DNA of 64,000 nucleotides from Eledone cirrhosa (lineage: Eukaryota). The position numbers were made by a program, and so were the translations under genes. The DNA is taken from NCBI GenBank assembly GCA_964016885.1, contig OZ024742.1, positions 32,178,001 through 32,242,000 on the forward strand. Direction: 5' to 3'. Under the pieces are notes generated by a model. That model was given only the letters and a program-made list of their open reading frames with translations, searched no databases and was not told where the DNA came from. Of this stretch, positions 1-12,877 are shown one piece after another; the first letter of the stretch is position 1; the number at the start of each line of letters is the position of its first letter.

Positions 1-2131
1 GAGTTTATCAGCTCGTCCCAGGTTTTTCTAGGTCTGCCTATTCCGTGACTACCGTCTATCTTTATTGCCCTGCACTTTGTTATACAGCTATCGACTTTCA
101 TGCGCATCACGTGTCCATACCAACGTAGCCTTCTCTCGAGTAAACAACATCTGATCCCTCTTATCTCTAATTTATTCCTTAGTTCGTTTATGCTTTGCCG
201 TTCACGTATATTACTGTTACACATCCAGCGGAGCATGCAAGCTTCGTTCCTCTCTAGTCTGCGTATATCCTCTGCACACAATGCCCAGGTCTCACTGCCA
301 TGCAGCATTGCTGTTCGTATGCAGGCATCGTACAACCTGCCTTTCATTTTTAGTGAGAACCCTTTAGCAGCTAATAGTGGTATAAGCTCTCTGAACTTTT
401 TCCAACCAGTTCTGACTCTAGCTACAGTACTTTCAGAGCACCCTCCCCCACTGCTGATTTTATCGCCAGGTAACGGAAGCTGTCCACTATTTCTATAGAA
501 CCCTCTGCGCAATTGAAAGAGCTAGTAGTTTGTGGGCACTTGCTGCTACTTATTGCACCAGAGCACCGGCCACATGTAAAATCTATGTTCTTAGTTAGCC
601 TACCTGTGATCCCACTACATCTTTTATGCACCCATACTTTGCATTTAGGACATAAAATGGAGTTTCTACCTACGCCTTTCCTACACACCGAGCACGACCA
701 TTTCCCAGAAGGGACCGCCGCCTTGTTTTCTTTCCTACAAACTAGTACTTTGGTCTTAGCCAGGTTAATTTTAAGTCCTTTTGACTCTAGGCCGTGCTTC
801 CATGTTTGGAATTTCTTCTCTAGCTCGGCCATTGATTCCGCTATGAGTGTCAGGTCGTCTGCGTATAGGAGTTCCCATGGGCAGCCTGTCTTGAACTCCT
901 CTGTTATGGCCTGAAGGGCAATAATAAATAGTAGTGGACTGAGAACAGAGCCCTGATGGACGCCGACTTTTACGCTAAACTCTTCACTATATTCGTTGTT
1001 AATTCTAACCTTGCTGACTGTTTCTTTATACATGGCTTGTATAGCCCTCACAAGCCATTCGTCAACGCCTAGTTTTCTAAGAGCCCACCAGATAATGGAG
1101 CGGGGGACTCTGTCGAAGGCTTTCTCCAAGTCGACAAAAGCTAAGTAGAGGGGTTTACCTTTAGCTAGGTACTTCTCTTGTAGTTGTCGTACTATGAAAA
1201 GAGCGTCTGTGGTACTTTTGCCTGACACAAACCCGAACTGCATTTCATCTAGGTCAATTCTCTCTCTGATTAGTTGCGCTATTACTCTTTCCGTGACCTT
1301 CATGACCTGGTCGATTAATTTAATGCCTCTATAGTTACTCCTATCTAGGGCGTCTCCTTTACCCTTATAACAGTTAACGATGATGCTGCTATGCCAGTCC
1401 TTCGGAACAACCCCGTTTTGTACGACTTGGTTAACTATGCGGGTGACCATGGTGTGTCCCACCGTGCCAGATGCCTTCAGCATCTCAGCAACTATTTCCG
1501 AAGGCCCAGCCGCCTTACCAGTCTTCATATCCTTGATTGCCTTACTTATTATACTCCCCTCGACTAACACTGCTGGTCCCTCTATTGGGTCGATATGGGG
1601 GAGACTGCCTTTCTCCCAATTATTCTCCTCATTTAGAAGCCTTTCATAGTGACACTTCCAAGCTACCTTCTTATCAGCGTCGGTGATGGCAAGTGTGCCA
1701 TCGTCGTTTAGTACACACTTCTCCCCGACAATATCACGGTTTTCCTTGACGCATTGCCTAGCAATCCTGAACACCTCACGTTTTTGGTCATCGCGTTGTA
1801 GAACATGCTTGAACTTTCTTTCCTCAGCTTCCCTTCTTGCTAAGTACACTTGTCTCCTAGCTTCCCTCCTGGCCACTTGATAGTCCTCTCTACTTCCCCC
1901 ATCCCGCCATACTTTCCAAGCCTGCTTTTTGGCCTTAATTGACCCCTCCACCTTACTGTTCCACCACCATGTTACTCTCCTCCTGCCTACAGGCCTGCTC
2001 CAGCCACAGACCTCGTCTGTCGCCAACAGCAGGTTTGCTTTCAGAAATTCCCACTCTCCCTCTATATTGTCCGACTCTGAATGTTCTTCCTTACTGTCGA
2101 AAGCATCAAGTAATATGCTTTGAAATTTATT
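1..2131 (-). mobile_element. RTE-clade non-LTR retrotransposon (5'-truncated; 3' end runs off the window start)
   Basis: RT motifs NYRGIKLI, QFGF..GKSTTD, FVDLEKAFDRV, GVHQGSVLSPLLF and LYADD. After a shifted frame near 467 the RTE C-terminus continues (..GWKKFREL..LHGSETW..LRWYGHVMR..GRPRKTW). The 5' end abuts a TA microsatellite. Confidence 0.93.
422..2026 (-). pseudogene. RTE reverse transcriptase ORF with PHD-like Cys/His finger, interrupted by a 1-nt frameshift at ~467
   Basis: 534-aa ORF from the track. FRYL is followed by an out-of-frame GDKISSGGGCSE..., the expected RTE 'FxYLG' continuation. Confidence 0.88.
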
Positions 2132-2332
2132 CCTGGCTGTGGGATATATATATATATATATAATATATATATATATAATTGTTTCTACTTTTGGTACAAG
2201 GCCAGCAATTATTGCAGTGTATTACTGGTACTTTATTTTATCGACCCTGTAAGGATTAAAGGCAAAGTTAACCTCGGTGGGATTTGTGAACTCAGTCCGA
2301 TATATAATATATAATATATATATATATAATAT

Positions 2333-2410
<78 letters not shown>

Positions 2411-2425
2411 ATATATATATATATA

Positions 2426-2464
<39 letters not shown>

Positions 2465-2609
2465 TATAATATATATATATATATAATATTAATATATATA
2501 TATATATATAATATATATAATATATATATAATATATATACATATAATATATATATATATAATATATATATATATAATATATATATATATAATATATATAT
2601 ATATAATAT

Positions 2610-2643
<34 letters not shown>

Positions 2644-2980
2644 ATATATATATATATAATATATATAATATATATATAATATATATAATATAATATATAT
2701 ATAATATATATATAATATATATATATATAATATATATATAATATATATATATATAATATATATATATATATTTATATAATATATATATATATAATATATA
2801 TATATATATAATTGTTTCTACTTTTGGTACAAGGCCAGCAATTATTGCAGTGTATTACTGGTACTTTATTTTATCGAGCCTGTAAGGATTAAAGGCAAAG
2901 TTAACCTCGTGGATTTGAACTCAGTCCGATATATAATATATAATATATATATATATAATATATATATATATAATATATAT

Positions 2981-3012
<32 letters not shown>

Positions 3013-3083
3013 ATATATATATATATATATTATATATATATATATATATAATATATATATGTATATAATATTAAAATATATAT

Positions 3084-3115
<32 letters not shown>

Positions 3116-3201
3116 ATATATATATATATATATAATATATATAATATATATATAATATATATATATATAATATATATATATAATATATATATATATAATA
3201 T

Positions 3202-3233
<32 letters not shown>

Positions 3234-3365
3234 ATATATATATATATATAATATATATAATATATATATAATATATATATATATAATATATATATAATAT
3301 ATATATAATATATATATATATAATATATATATAATATTATATATATATAATATATATATATATAT

Positions 3366-3398
<33 letters not shown>

Positions 3399-3590
3399 AT
3401 ATATATATATAATATATATATATAATATATATATATATAATATATATATATATATAATATATATATATATATAATATATATAATATATATATAATATATA
3501 TATATATAATATAATATATAATATATATATAATATATATATATATAATATATATATAATATATATATATATATAATATATATATATATAT

Positions 3591-3623
<33 letters not shown>

Positions 3624-3697
3624 ATATATATATATAATATATATATATAATATATATATATATAATATATATATATATATAATATATATATATATAT

Positions 3698-3728
<31 letters not shown>

Positions 3729-3753
3729 ATATTTATATATATATATAATATTA

Positions 3754-3799
<46 letters not shown>

Positions 3800-3889
3800 A
3801 TATATATATATATATAATATATATAATATATATATAATATATATATATATAATATATATATATATAATATATATATAATATATATATAT

Positions 3890-3939
<50 letters not shown>

Positions 3940-4155
3940 ATAATATATATATATATATATAATTATATATATATATATATATAATATATATATATATAAT
4001 TGTTTCTACTTTTGGTACAAGGCCAGCAATTATTGCAGTGTATTACTGGTACTTTATTTTATCGACCCTGTAAGGATTAAAGGCAAAGTTAACCTCGGTG
4101 GGATTTGAACTCATTCCGATATATAATATATAATATATATATATATATATAATAT

Positions 4156-4237
<82 letters not shown>

Positions 4238-4273
4238 ATATATATATATATATATAATATATATATATAATAT

Positions 4274-4304
<31 letters not shown>

Positions 4305-4481
4305 TATATATATAATATTAATATATATATATATATATATATAATATATATATATATATAATATATATATATATATAATATATATAATATATATATAATA
4401 TATATATATATAATATATATATATATAATATATATATATATATAATATATATATATATAATATATATATATATATATAAAT

Positions 4482-4536
<55 letters not shown>

Positions 4537-4762
4537 ATATATATAAATATATATATAATATATATATATAGATATATATATAATATATATATAATATATA
4601 TATATATAATATATATATATAATATATATATATATATATAATATATATAATATAATATATATATATATTAATATATATATATATATATAATATATATAAT
4701 ATATATATAATATATATATATATAATATATATATATATATAATATATATATATATAATATAT
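2132..4762. repeat. Composite tandem array: TA/TAA microsatellite spacers separating three near-identical ~120-bp SINE fragments (~2177-2300, ~2810-2929, ~3998-4119, minus strand)
   Basis: The same aattgtttctacttttggtacaaggccagc...gggatttgaactcagtccgat block occurs three times. Its reverse complement contains the B-box-like gagttcaaatccc and a SINE body seen elsewhere in the window. Confidence 0.9.
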
Positions 4763-5152
4763 AGGATATAATGTGGCAACGGCAAATGAATGCTACCTGT
4801 CTTAGTGAGACACTCGAGATACTTCATGGCGGAACCAAGCTATTAAACAGACGGGCCGACTTATTCGGTGCCTGCAGACACCTAAGGACGGGAACTTTCC
4901 TCAAGCTATATGGATAAACCCCGGTTAAGGCCTCACCCCCTGTAGGTCCCCTACACCAATGACCAATGGACAACAACAAACCCCCATAGTTTGTGGTCCA
5001 CCGGATGGTGGTCCACTGGATGGTCCACCGGATCCTCTACTGGTTAGGAGTCATCTAAACCACGTTTTATTGATTCTGATTTTATATATATATATTTATT
5101 ATATGTATATATGTATGTATTTTGTATGTGTATATGTGTGTATTTTATATAT

Positions 5153-5430
5153 ATCATTATCATCATTATCATCATCACCGTTTTACGTCCGTTCTTCCAC
5201 GCTAGCATGGGTTAGACGAGTTGTCCTGTTGTGGGCAGTGTCTGGTCGGCTGACCATGACTTGCTCATACAGGAACTGATTTGGCTCGATTTCTACAGCT
5301 GGATGCCCCTTCCTAACACCAACCTCATTTACAGTGAGTGCTGGGTGCTTTTTCGTGGCGCCTACACGTCCACTTTACAGTGTGGGCTGGGTGCTTTTTT
5401 GCCGTGGCACCTCCACGACCACCTTGCAGT
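5153..5430 (-). mobile_element. Short SINE/RTE-3'-end-like insertion with (TGA)n tail
   Basis: A tcatcatc tail followed by cgttttacgtcc...ttctacagctggatgcccttcctaacaccaacc, resembling RTE-type 3' ends. Recognised by pattern only. Confidence 0.5.
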
Positions 5431-6210
5431 GGGAGGGTGTGGGGGCGTATATATATGTATGTATTTTATATATATATGTGTATGTATATTTTATATATGT
5501 ATATATTTTTAATATATATATATAAATTTTATATATGTATATATATTTTATATATATATATATATACTTGTGCTTACATATGTATATATACACACCTGTA
5601 TGGATTTGTGTGTATAGATGTGTATTTGTCTGAGGGGTAGGTGTGAGTGTATGTACAAGTCAACCAACATTAACCTTTTATTTCTAAATTTTCTAAACTA
5701 TCTAAGTATTTGACTCTAACCATTATTTTAAGTATTACCACCCCACATTAATCCCTCAATTTGTATGTGTGGATGTGTCTGTGTGTCTGTGGAGGTGGGT
5801 GTGAGTGTACGTGCAAGCCAACCTACGTAAGTCTTTTTATTTGTCAATTTTCTACTCTAACCATAATCTTCAGTAGCACCACTCCACATAAATTCTTCAA
5901 TTTAAGGATGACCTGTAGTATCTATTTCATACCATTAACCTTAATTGAATATATATCTGACCAGGAATGCTTTTTGTGAAAATCAGTCCTATGGAACTAT
6001 TGTCATCTTGCCTGACAGTTTGAACTTTACAACACCACCTGCCTCTTTGAAGTCAAATACCAACCCTACTAGCATTTACAAACTGACCAATGAGAATTAA
6101 GACTATTCCTGCTGACAACATTAAATTATTCCTAACAAGGTCATATGTCCCAATGCTCTGATACCATCAACACAATAAACACAGAGCTGGCATATCTAAG
6201 AACTGACTAA

Positions 6211-6264
6211 CTGTCTGATGAGGTCATAGCCATTCAATGGCTATCATCGAAATATATATAGCAG
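6211..6264 (+). ncRNA. Type I minimal hammerhead ribozyme
   Basis: ctgt-CTGATGA-ggtc atagcc attcaat ggctat catc-GAAA-tatata-TA-gcag. Stem I ctgt/gcag, hairpin stem II and palindromic stem III. Confidence 0.8.
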
Positions 6265-6333
6265 TAAATAAAGGATTATGAGTTCATGCAATTGACTTAT
6301 GTTTCGTCATTATATATAATATATATATATATT

Positions 6334-6376
<43 letters not shown>

Positions 6377-6377
6377 T

Positions 6378-6451
<74 letters not shown>

Positions 6452-6457
<6 letters not shown>

Positions 6458-7842
6458 TTGATATTGTCGATTTTTACCCTTCTATTACTGTTTCCTTATT
6501 AACTAAAGCCTTAGATTTTGCAAGACCCTTCATTAATATCTCCAAATTAGAAGAGGACATTATCTTTCACGCTAGAAAAACTTTACTTTTTACTAATGAT
6601 AATATTTGGGTTAAAAAGTCAAACCCTGAAAACTCTTTCGATGTTGCAATGGGTTCTTATGACAGTGCGGATGTGTGCGACTTAGTAGGATTATTCCTTC
6701 TCCACACACTCAAGAGAAATTTCCGTCCCATAATATCGGTTTATACCGTGATGACGGATTAGCAGTTTCTCATACCACCAATGGCCATAATCTTGATAAA
6801 TTCCGTAAAGATTTAATTAGTACCTTGCTAATCTTAACCTTAAAATTACTATAGATACGAACCTTACTAATGCTAACTTTCTTGATATTAATCTTGATCT
6901 ACTTACTGCCTCTTTTAAACCCTATCATAAACCTAATGAAAATCTTAGGTATATACACAAAGAGTCTTGCCATCCCCCTATAGTTTTTAATAATCTTATT
7001 CCTAACATTAGCCGTAGGATTTCTACCTTATCTTCGTCTATAGACATTTTTAATAAAGCCGCCCCTTATTATAATAAAGCCCTTAAGAACAGCGGTTTTA
7101 CAGAAAATATTTCTTATTTACCTACTCCCCCCCCCTAAAACTAACCATAATAACAGGAAAAGGAAGATTATTTGGTTCACACCCCCCTTCTCTCTAAATG
7201 TCAAAACTAATGTAGGAAGGAAATTCCTTGAACTATTAGACAAACATTTTCCTCCTATTCATAGATATTATAAGATTTTTAATAGGAATGTAGTTAAGAT
7301 CAGCTACTCTTGTTGTCCATCCATGAAGTCCAAAATCACCAGTTCAAACCGTACGAGGATAAATCCAGGATGCAGTTGCAGGAAGCCGGATGAATGCCCA
7401 TTGCAGGGTAAATGTAACACAAAATCTGTCGTTTATGAGGCTAAAATAAACGCCAGTTATCAACAACCAGCCAGCCAGAAGCGAGCGATATGTCGGTATG
7501 ACCCAGGACAGGTTTAAAACCAGATTTTACTCACATGTCGCTTCTTTTAAACACTCAGATAAACGAACTTCAACGGCCCTCGCAAGTAAGGTATGGGATC
7601 TCAAGGATAGTAATATCCCGTACTCTATTGATTGGTCTATATTAGACCATTCGAGGGAGTACCAAAGGGGCACAAAGAATTGTTCTTTGTGTACCACAGA
7701 AAAGTATAGGATTTTGCTAAACTTGAGAGACACTTCCGCTTGCCTTAACTCTAAGACTGAGATCTTCAGATGCTGTCCTCATCTGAAATCGCATCTGATC
7801 TGTAACTGGATTGACACTCCTACGATAAATCAACCGCCTTGA
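6452..7842 (+). pseudogene. Penelope-like element ORF (RT plus C-terminal GIY-YIG endonuclease), 5'-truncated with several frameshifts
   Basis: RT: FDIVDFYPSI, MGSYDSADVCDLVGL, IGLYRDDGL, NFLDINL, YIHKESCHPP. Linker: KRKIIWFTPPFS and CSC..CPLQGKC. Endonuclease: VVYEA..YVGMT..FKTR, CSLCTTEK..LN..CPH. Confidence 0.92.
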
Positions 7843-8261
7843 ACTCCTTCTCTGCTCTTTACTTTTGCTACGGTTTTTATTTTGCTGCTTCTACCTTCTG
7901 TACTCTTGTATATTTAAAATTTTTTTCTCCCTTACCTCCCCTTATATTTTTACCTCCTCTTAGCCACCCCCCCATATATTCTTTTTGTTTGCCCTTCACA
8001 TACCTATGTGTATGTGTATGTATTTTTATGTGTATATATGTATATGTGTACGTATATGTTTGTGTATGTATATATGTATATATATGTATGTATGTATGTA
8101 TATGTATGTATATGTATATATATATATGTATATATGTCTGTATATATATGTATATGTATATATATATATATGTGTGTGTGTGCGTGTCTGTATGTGTGTA
8201 TATATTTGTATATTTGTGTGTGTATATGTATGTATATGTGGATAAACCAGGCCCCTTTTTT

Positions 8262-8317
8262 TCATTCTGAAGATTGAAGGAAATTTTTTTTGCTTTTAAG
8301 AAACCTCTGGTGAATGG
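8262..8317 (+). ncRNA. Hammerhead ribozyme motif, probably inactive (GUG cleavage triplet)
   Basis: tcatt-CTGAAGA-[stem II]-GAAA-cctctgg-TG-aatgg. Confidence 0.65.
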
Positions 8318-8785
8318 ATTAATTGCCTTGTATGGCTTTATTACTTTACTACTATATATACGTTTATGTAAGGTTCATTTTTCTTATCTAATACTGAGCT
8401 TTACACATACACACATGTATATGTGTGTGTGTATGTGTATGCATGTGTGTATGTGTACGTGTATGTGTGTATATATGTATATTTATATATATATGTGTAT
8501 ATATATATATATGTATATGTATATATGTATATATGTATATGTATGTGTATGTATGTATATGTGTGCGTGTGTATTTATTTATTTTTTGTATGTGTGGGTT
8601 AGTGTGTGGGTGTGTGTGTGTGTGTATATGTGTGTGTGTTTGTATTTGGTTGTGCGTTCTTCTGATATATACGTATTTGCATGTGTATAATTGTTTAGCT
8701 ATGTATGTATATGTGTGTTTACGTATTTATATGTGTGTGTGCGTTTATAATTTTTATATTTTTGTATGTATATATATATACAAAG

Positions 8786-8823
<38 letters not shown>

Positions 8824-9178
8824 ATATAATTACATATACATGTGTGTGTTTATATTGTATACGTGTACGTGTTTGTGTATGTATGTGTATGTACGTGTTT
8901 ATGTATTTGTATATGTATATTTATGTGTGAGAGTGTGTGTATGTGTTTACTATTTCGAACGTATGTATATGTGCTTATGTGTGTATTACTTACCACGCGT
9001 GTCTGTCCTGTTAGCTGGGGCATGTATCGCTGTCAAAAATTTGTTAATATATTTTTATATTTTTTTCTTATATTTATTTGCGTGTGTTAATATGTAGTGG
9101 AGTGCATTCATGTATGTGTATGTATGTACGTTGTATGTTTGTGTGAATGTATGTATGTGTGTGTATATATATGTGTGT

Positions 9179-9256
<78 letters not shown>

Positions 9257-9554
9257 ATGAATATATGTATGTGTATATGTGTGTATATATGTGTATGTGT
9301 GTGTAGGTGTACGCTCTTTATATATATATATATATATATATAAATATGTGTATATGTATACGTGTATGCGTGCATTTATATATATATGTATATATGTATG
9401 TGTGTGTAAGTATGCTTTTGTGTGTTTTTTTGTGTGTGTCTGCATGTGTAGTTTTATTTTATTTTTCCTTTCCTTCTCCCTTTTCCAGCCTCACTTTCAT
9501 ATAGATTGCATTTTTGATTTTAGAATCCATATTCAATAAACAAACCAGGATTTT

Positions 9555-9609
9555 TCATTCTGAGGATTGAAAGCAAAACCTTTTGCTTTAAGAAACCACT
9601 GGTAAATGG
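9555..9609 (+). ncRNA. Type I hammerhead ribozyme
   Basis: tcatt-CTGAGGA-ttgaaagcaaaa cc ttttgctttaa-GAAA-ccactgg-TA-aatgg. Confidence 0.8.
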
Positions 9610-9712
9610 AATAATTGCCTTATGTTGTTTATTACATAATAATAATAATTAAGCTCTGTTGCATACATAGAGCACTCTTTTTCCTGGACTTTTCCGATGG
9701 AATTATTTCATT

Positions 9713-9754
<42 letters not shown>

Positions 9755-9772
9755 TGATGATGATGATGATGA

Positions 9773-9828
<56 letters not shown>

Positions 9829-9848
9829 TATTTAATATATATATATAT

Positions 9849-9902
<54 letters not shown>

Positions 9903-9908
<6 letters not shown>

Positions 9909-9986
9909 AACAGGGGGAGAAGAATACTGCATGGTTGCACATGGATTACATATTATAAAATTAGTCCCTCATCAGTGATTTGCCAA
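9903..9986 (-). mobile_element. 3' fragment of the permuted-hammerhead element family
   Basis: The reverse complement ttggcaaatcaCTGATGAgggactaa...atgtaatccatgtgcaacc aligns by eye to 20342-20418. Confidence 0.65.
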
Positions 9987-10014
9987 TATATATATATGTA
10001 ATATATATATATAT

Positions 10015-10779
<765 letters not shown>

Positions 10780-10918
10780 TATAATATATATATATATAAT
10801 ATATATATGATATATATAATATATATATATATAATATATATATATAATATATATATGTAATATATATATATATAATATATATATATAATATATATACATA
10901 ATATATATATATAATATA

Positions 10919-11870
10919 CTAGCATTAAAGCCCGGCGTTGCTGGGGGTCATTAAGTTACCAAAGTTAGGTTGCACCACCCATTTTATGGCAGCACTTTTT
11001 TGTCTGCCAGGGACTGGGTGAATGAATTGCAGACCTGGAAGCATGAGCTGCGCCAGCAGTGACAATTGTAGTTTCGCCTATGGATATTATCTCTGTGCAA
11101 AAAGTGTTGAAATTTATTGTTTCACAGTACTTGCGCAACACGCGCGTAGACGATGCCAGCCGAACAACAGAGCTGCGATGGAGTTGTTCTGCATGGTTGT
11201 CTGTGTGTTTTCTAAATTTAAGACAGTAGGGAGGGTTGTGATATGAGGGAGAGTTAGCTGTTGTTTCTAGCAGGTTTAGTGACCTTATAGAGGATATGTG
11301 TTTTCTAAATTTAAGACAGTAGGGAGTGGTGTGATATGGGGGAGAGTTAGCTGCTGTTTCTAGCAGGTTTAGTGACCTCATAGAAGATATGTTTTCTAAA
11401 TTTAAGACAGTAGGGAGGGGTGTGATATGGGGGAGAGTTAGCTGCTGTTTCTAGCAGGTTTAGTAACCTCATAGAGGATATGTGTTTTCTAAATTTAAGA
11501 CAGTAGGGAGTGGTGTGATATGGGGGAGAGTTAGCTGCTGTTTCTAGCAGGTTTAGTAACCTCATAGAGGATATGTGTTTTCTAAATTTAAGACAGTAGG
11601 GAGGGGTGTGGTATGGGGGAGAGTTAGCTGCTGTTTCTAGCAGCTATAAAAGGCAGATTGTTGTTGTTGTTGTTGTTGAAGTGAGTGTGTGTTTGTATGT
11701 GTTTAGAAAAGAGGTTTTAAAAAAGATTTATCGCTTGTTGTTGAATAAATGTATCTGTTGCTTTTGAATAATTGTCGTTTCGTATGAAATGTAATAATTT
11801 GAAGTATAAAAGAGAAAGTAGCAAAATGTGTGAGTAGTAGATAGAGGTAAGCAGATGATATGACAGAGTA
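10919..11870 (-). mobile_element. Non-autonomous Helitron (3' terminus at 10919; the other end is lost in the gap)
   Basis: The minus strand ends with a GC-rich imperfect hairpin cccagcaacgccggg, a short spacer, then CTAG followed by T. It carries an internal minisatellite. Confidence 0.6.
11203..11643. repeat. Minisatellite, ~93-bp unit, ~4.7 copies
   Basis: ttttctaaatttaagacagtaggg recurs at 11208, 11301, 11392, 11485 and 11578. Confidence 0.95.
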
Positions 11871-12070
11871 NNNNNNNNNNNNNNNNNNNNNNNNNNNNNN
11901 NNNNNNNNNNNNNNNNNNNNNNNNNNNNNNNNNNNNNNNNNNNNNNNNNNNNNNNNNNNNNNNNNNNNNNNNNNNNNNNNNNNNNNNNNNNNNNNNNNNN
12001 NNNNNNNNNNNNNNNNNNNNNNNNNNNNNNNNNNNNNNNNNNNNNNNNNNNNNNNNNNNNNNNNNNNNNN
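11871..12070. other. Assembly gap (200 N)
   Basis: Run of n. Confidence 1.
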
Positions 12071-12114
<44 letters not shown>

Positions 12115-12423
12115 TATATATAATATATAATATATATATATATATATATATAATATATATATATATATATAATATATATATATATATATAATATATATAT
12201 ATAATATATAATATTATATATATATATATAATATATATAATATATATATATATATAATATATATATATATATAATATATATATATATAATATATATAATA
12301 TATATATATAATATATATATATAATATATATATATAATATATATATATAATATATATATATATAATATATATATATAATATATATATATAATATATATAT
12401 ATAATAATATATATATATATAAT

Positions 12424-12466
<43 letters not shown>

Positions 12467-12741
12467 TATATAATATATATATATATAATATATATATATA
12501 TAATATATATATATAATATATATATATAATATATATATATATAATATATATATATAATATATATATATATAATATATATATATATAATATATATGTATAT
12601 AATATATATATATATAATATATATATATATAATATATATATATATAATATATATATATATAATATATATATATAATATATATATATAATATATATATATA
12701 ATATATATATATAATATATATATATAATATATATATATAAT

Positions 12742-12812
<71 letters not shown>

Positions 12813-12877
12813 CTGTATGGATGATAAAATATTTAGTTGTCTGTGATGTGTTTTTGTTGTTTAAATTTTACCTCTGG

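Larger units (their letters stand above)
4763..6311 (+). mobile_element. 3' remnant of a Penelope-like element (end of GIY-YIG endonuclease, 3' region and hammerhead)
   Basis: 4763-4917 reads, with frameshifts, GYN..CYL(C)LSETLEILHGGTKLLNRRADLFGACRH. This matches the C-terminal CxLC..E..LN..CxH motif of the PLE at 6452-7842. The element ends in an HHR and is flanked by TA runs. Confidence 0.7.
7843..9716 (+). mobile_element. 3' region of the PLE: two tandem pseudo-LTR-like units, each ending in a hammerhead and padded by TG/TA-rich sequence
   Basis: aaaccagg..ttcattctga(a/g)gattgaa..gaaacc(t/a)ctggt(g/a)aatgga..aattgcctt occurs at ~8244 and ~9542. Confidence 0.7.

Noticed and set aside
10965-11565. 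Minus-strand ORFs in the Helitron-like element
   Set aside because: They are mostly translations of the 93-bp repeat, with no Rep or helicase motifs.
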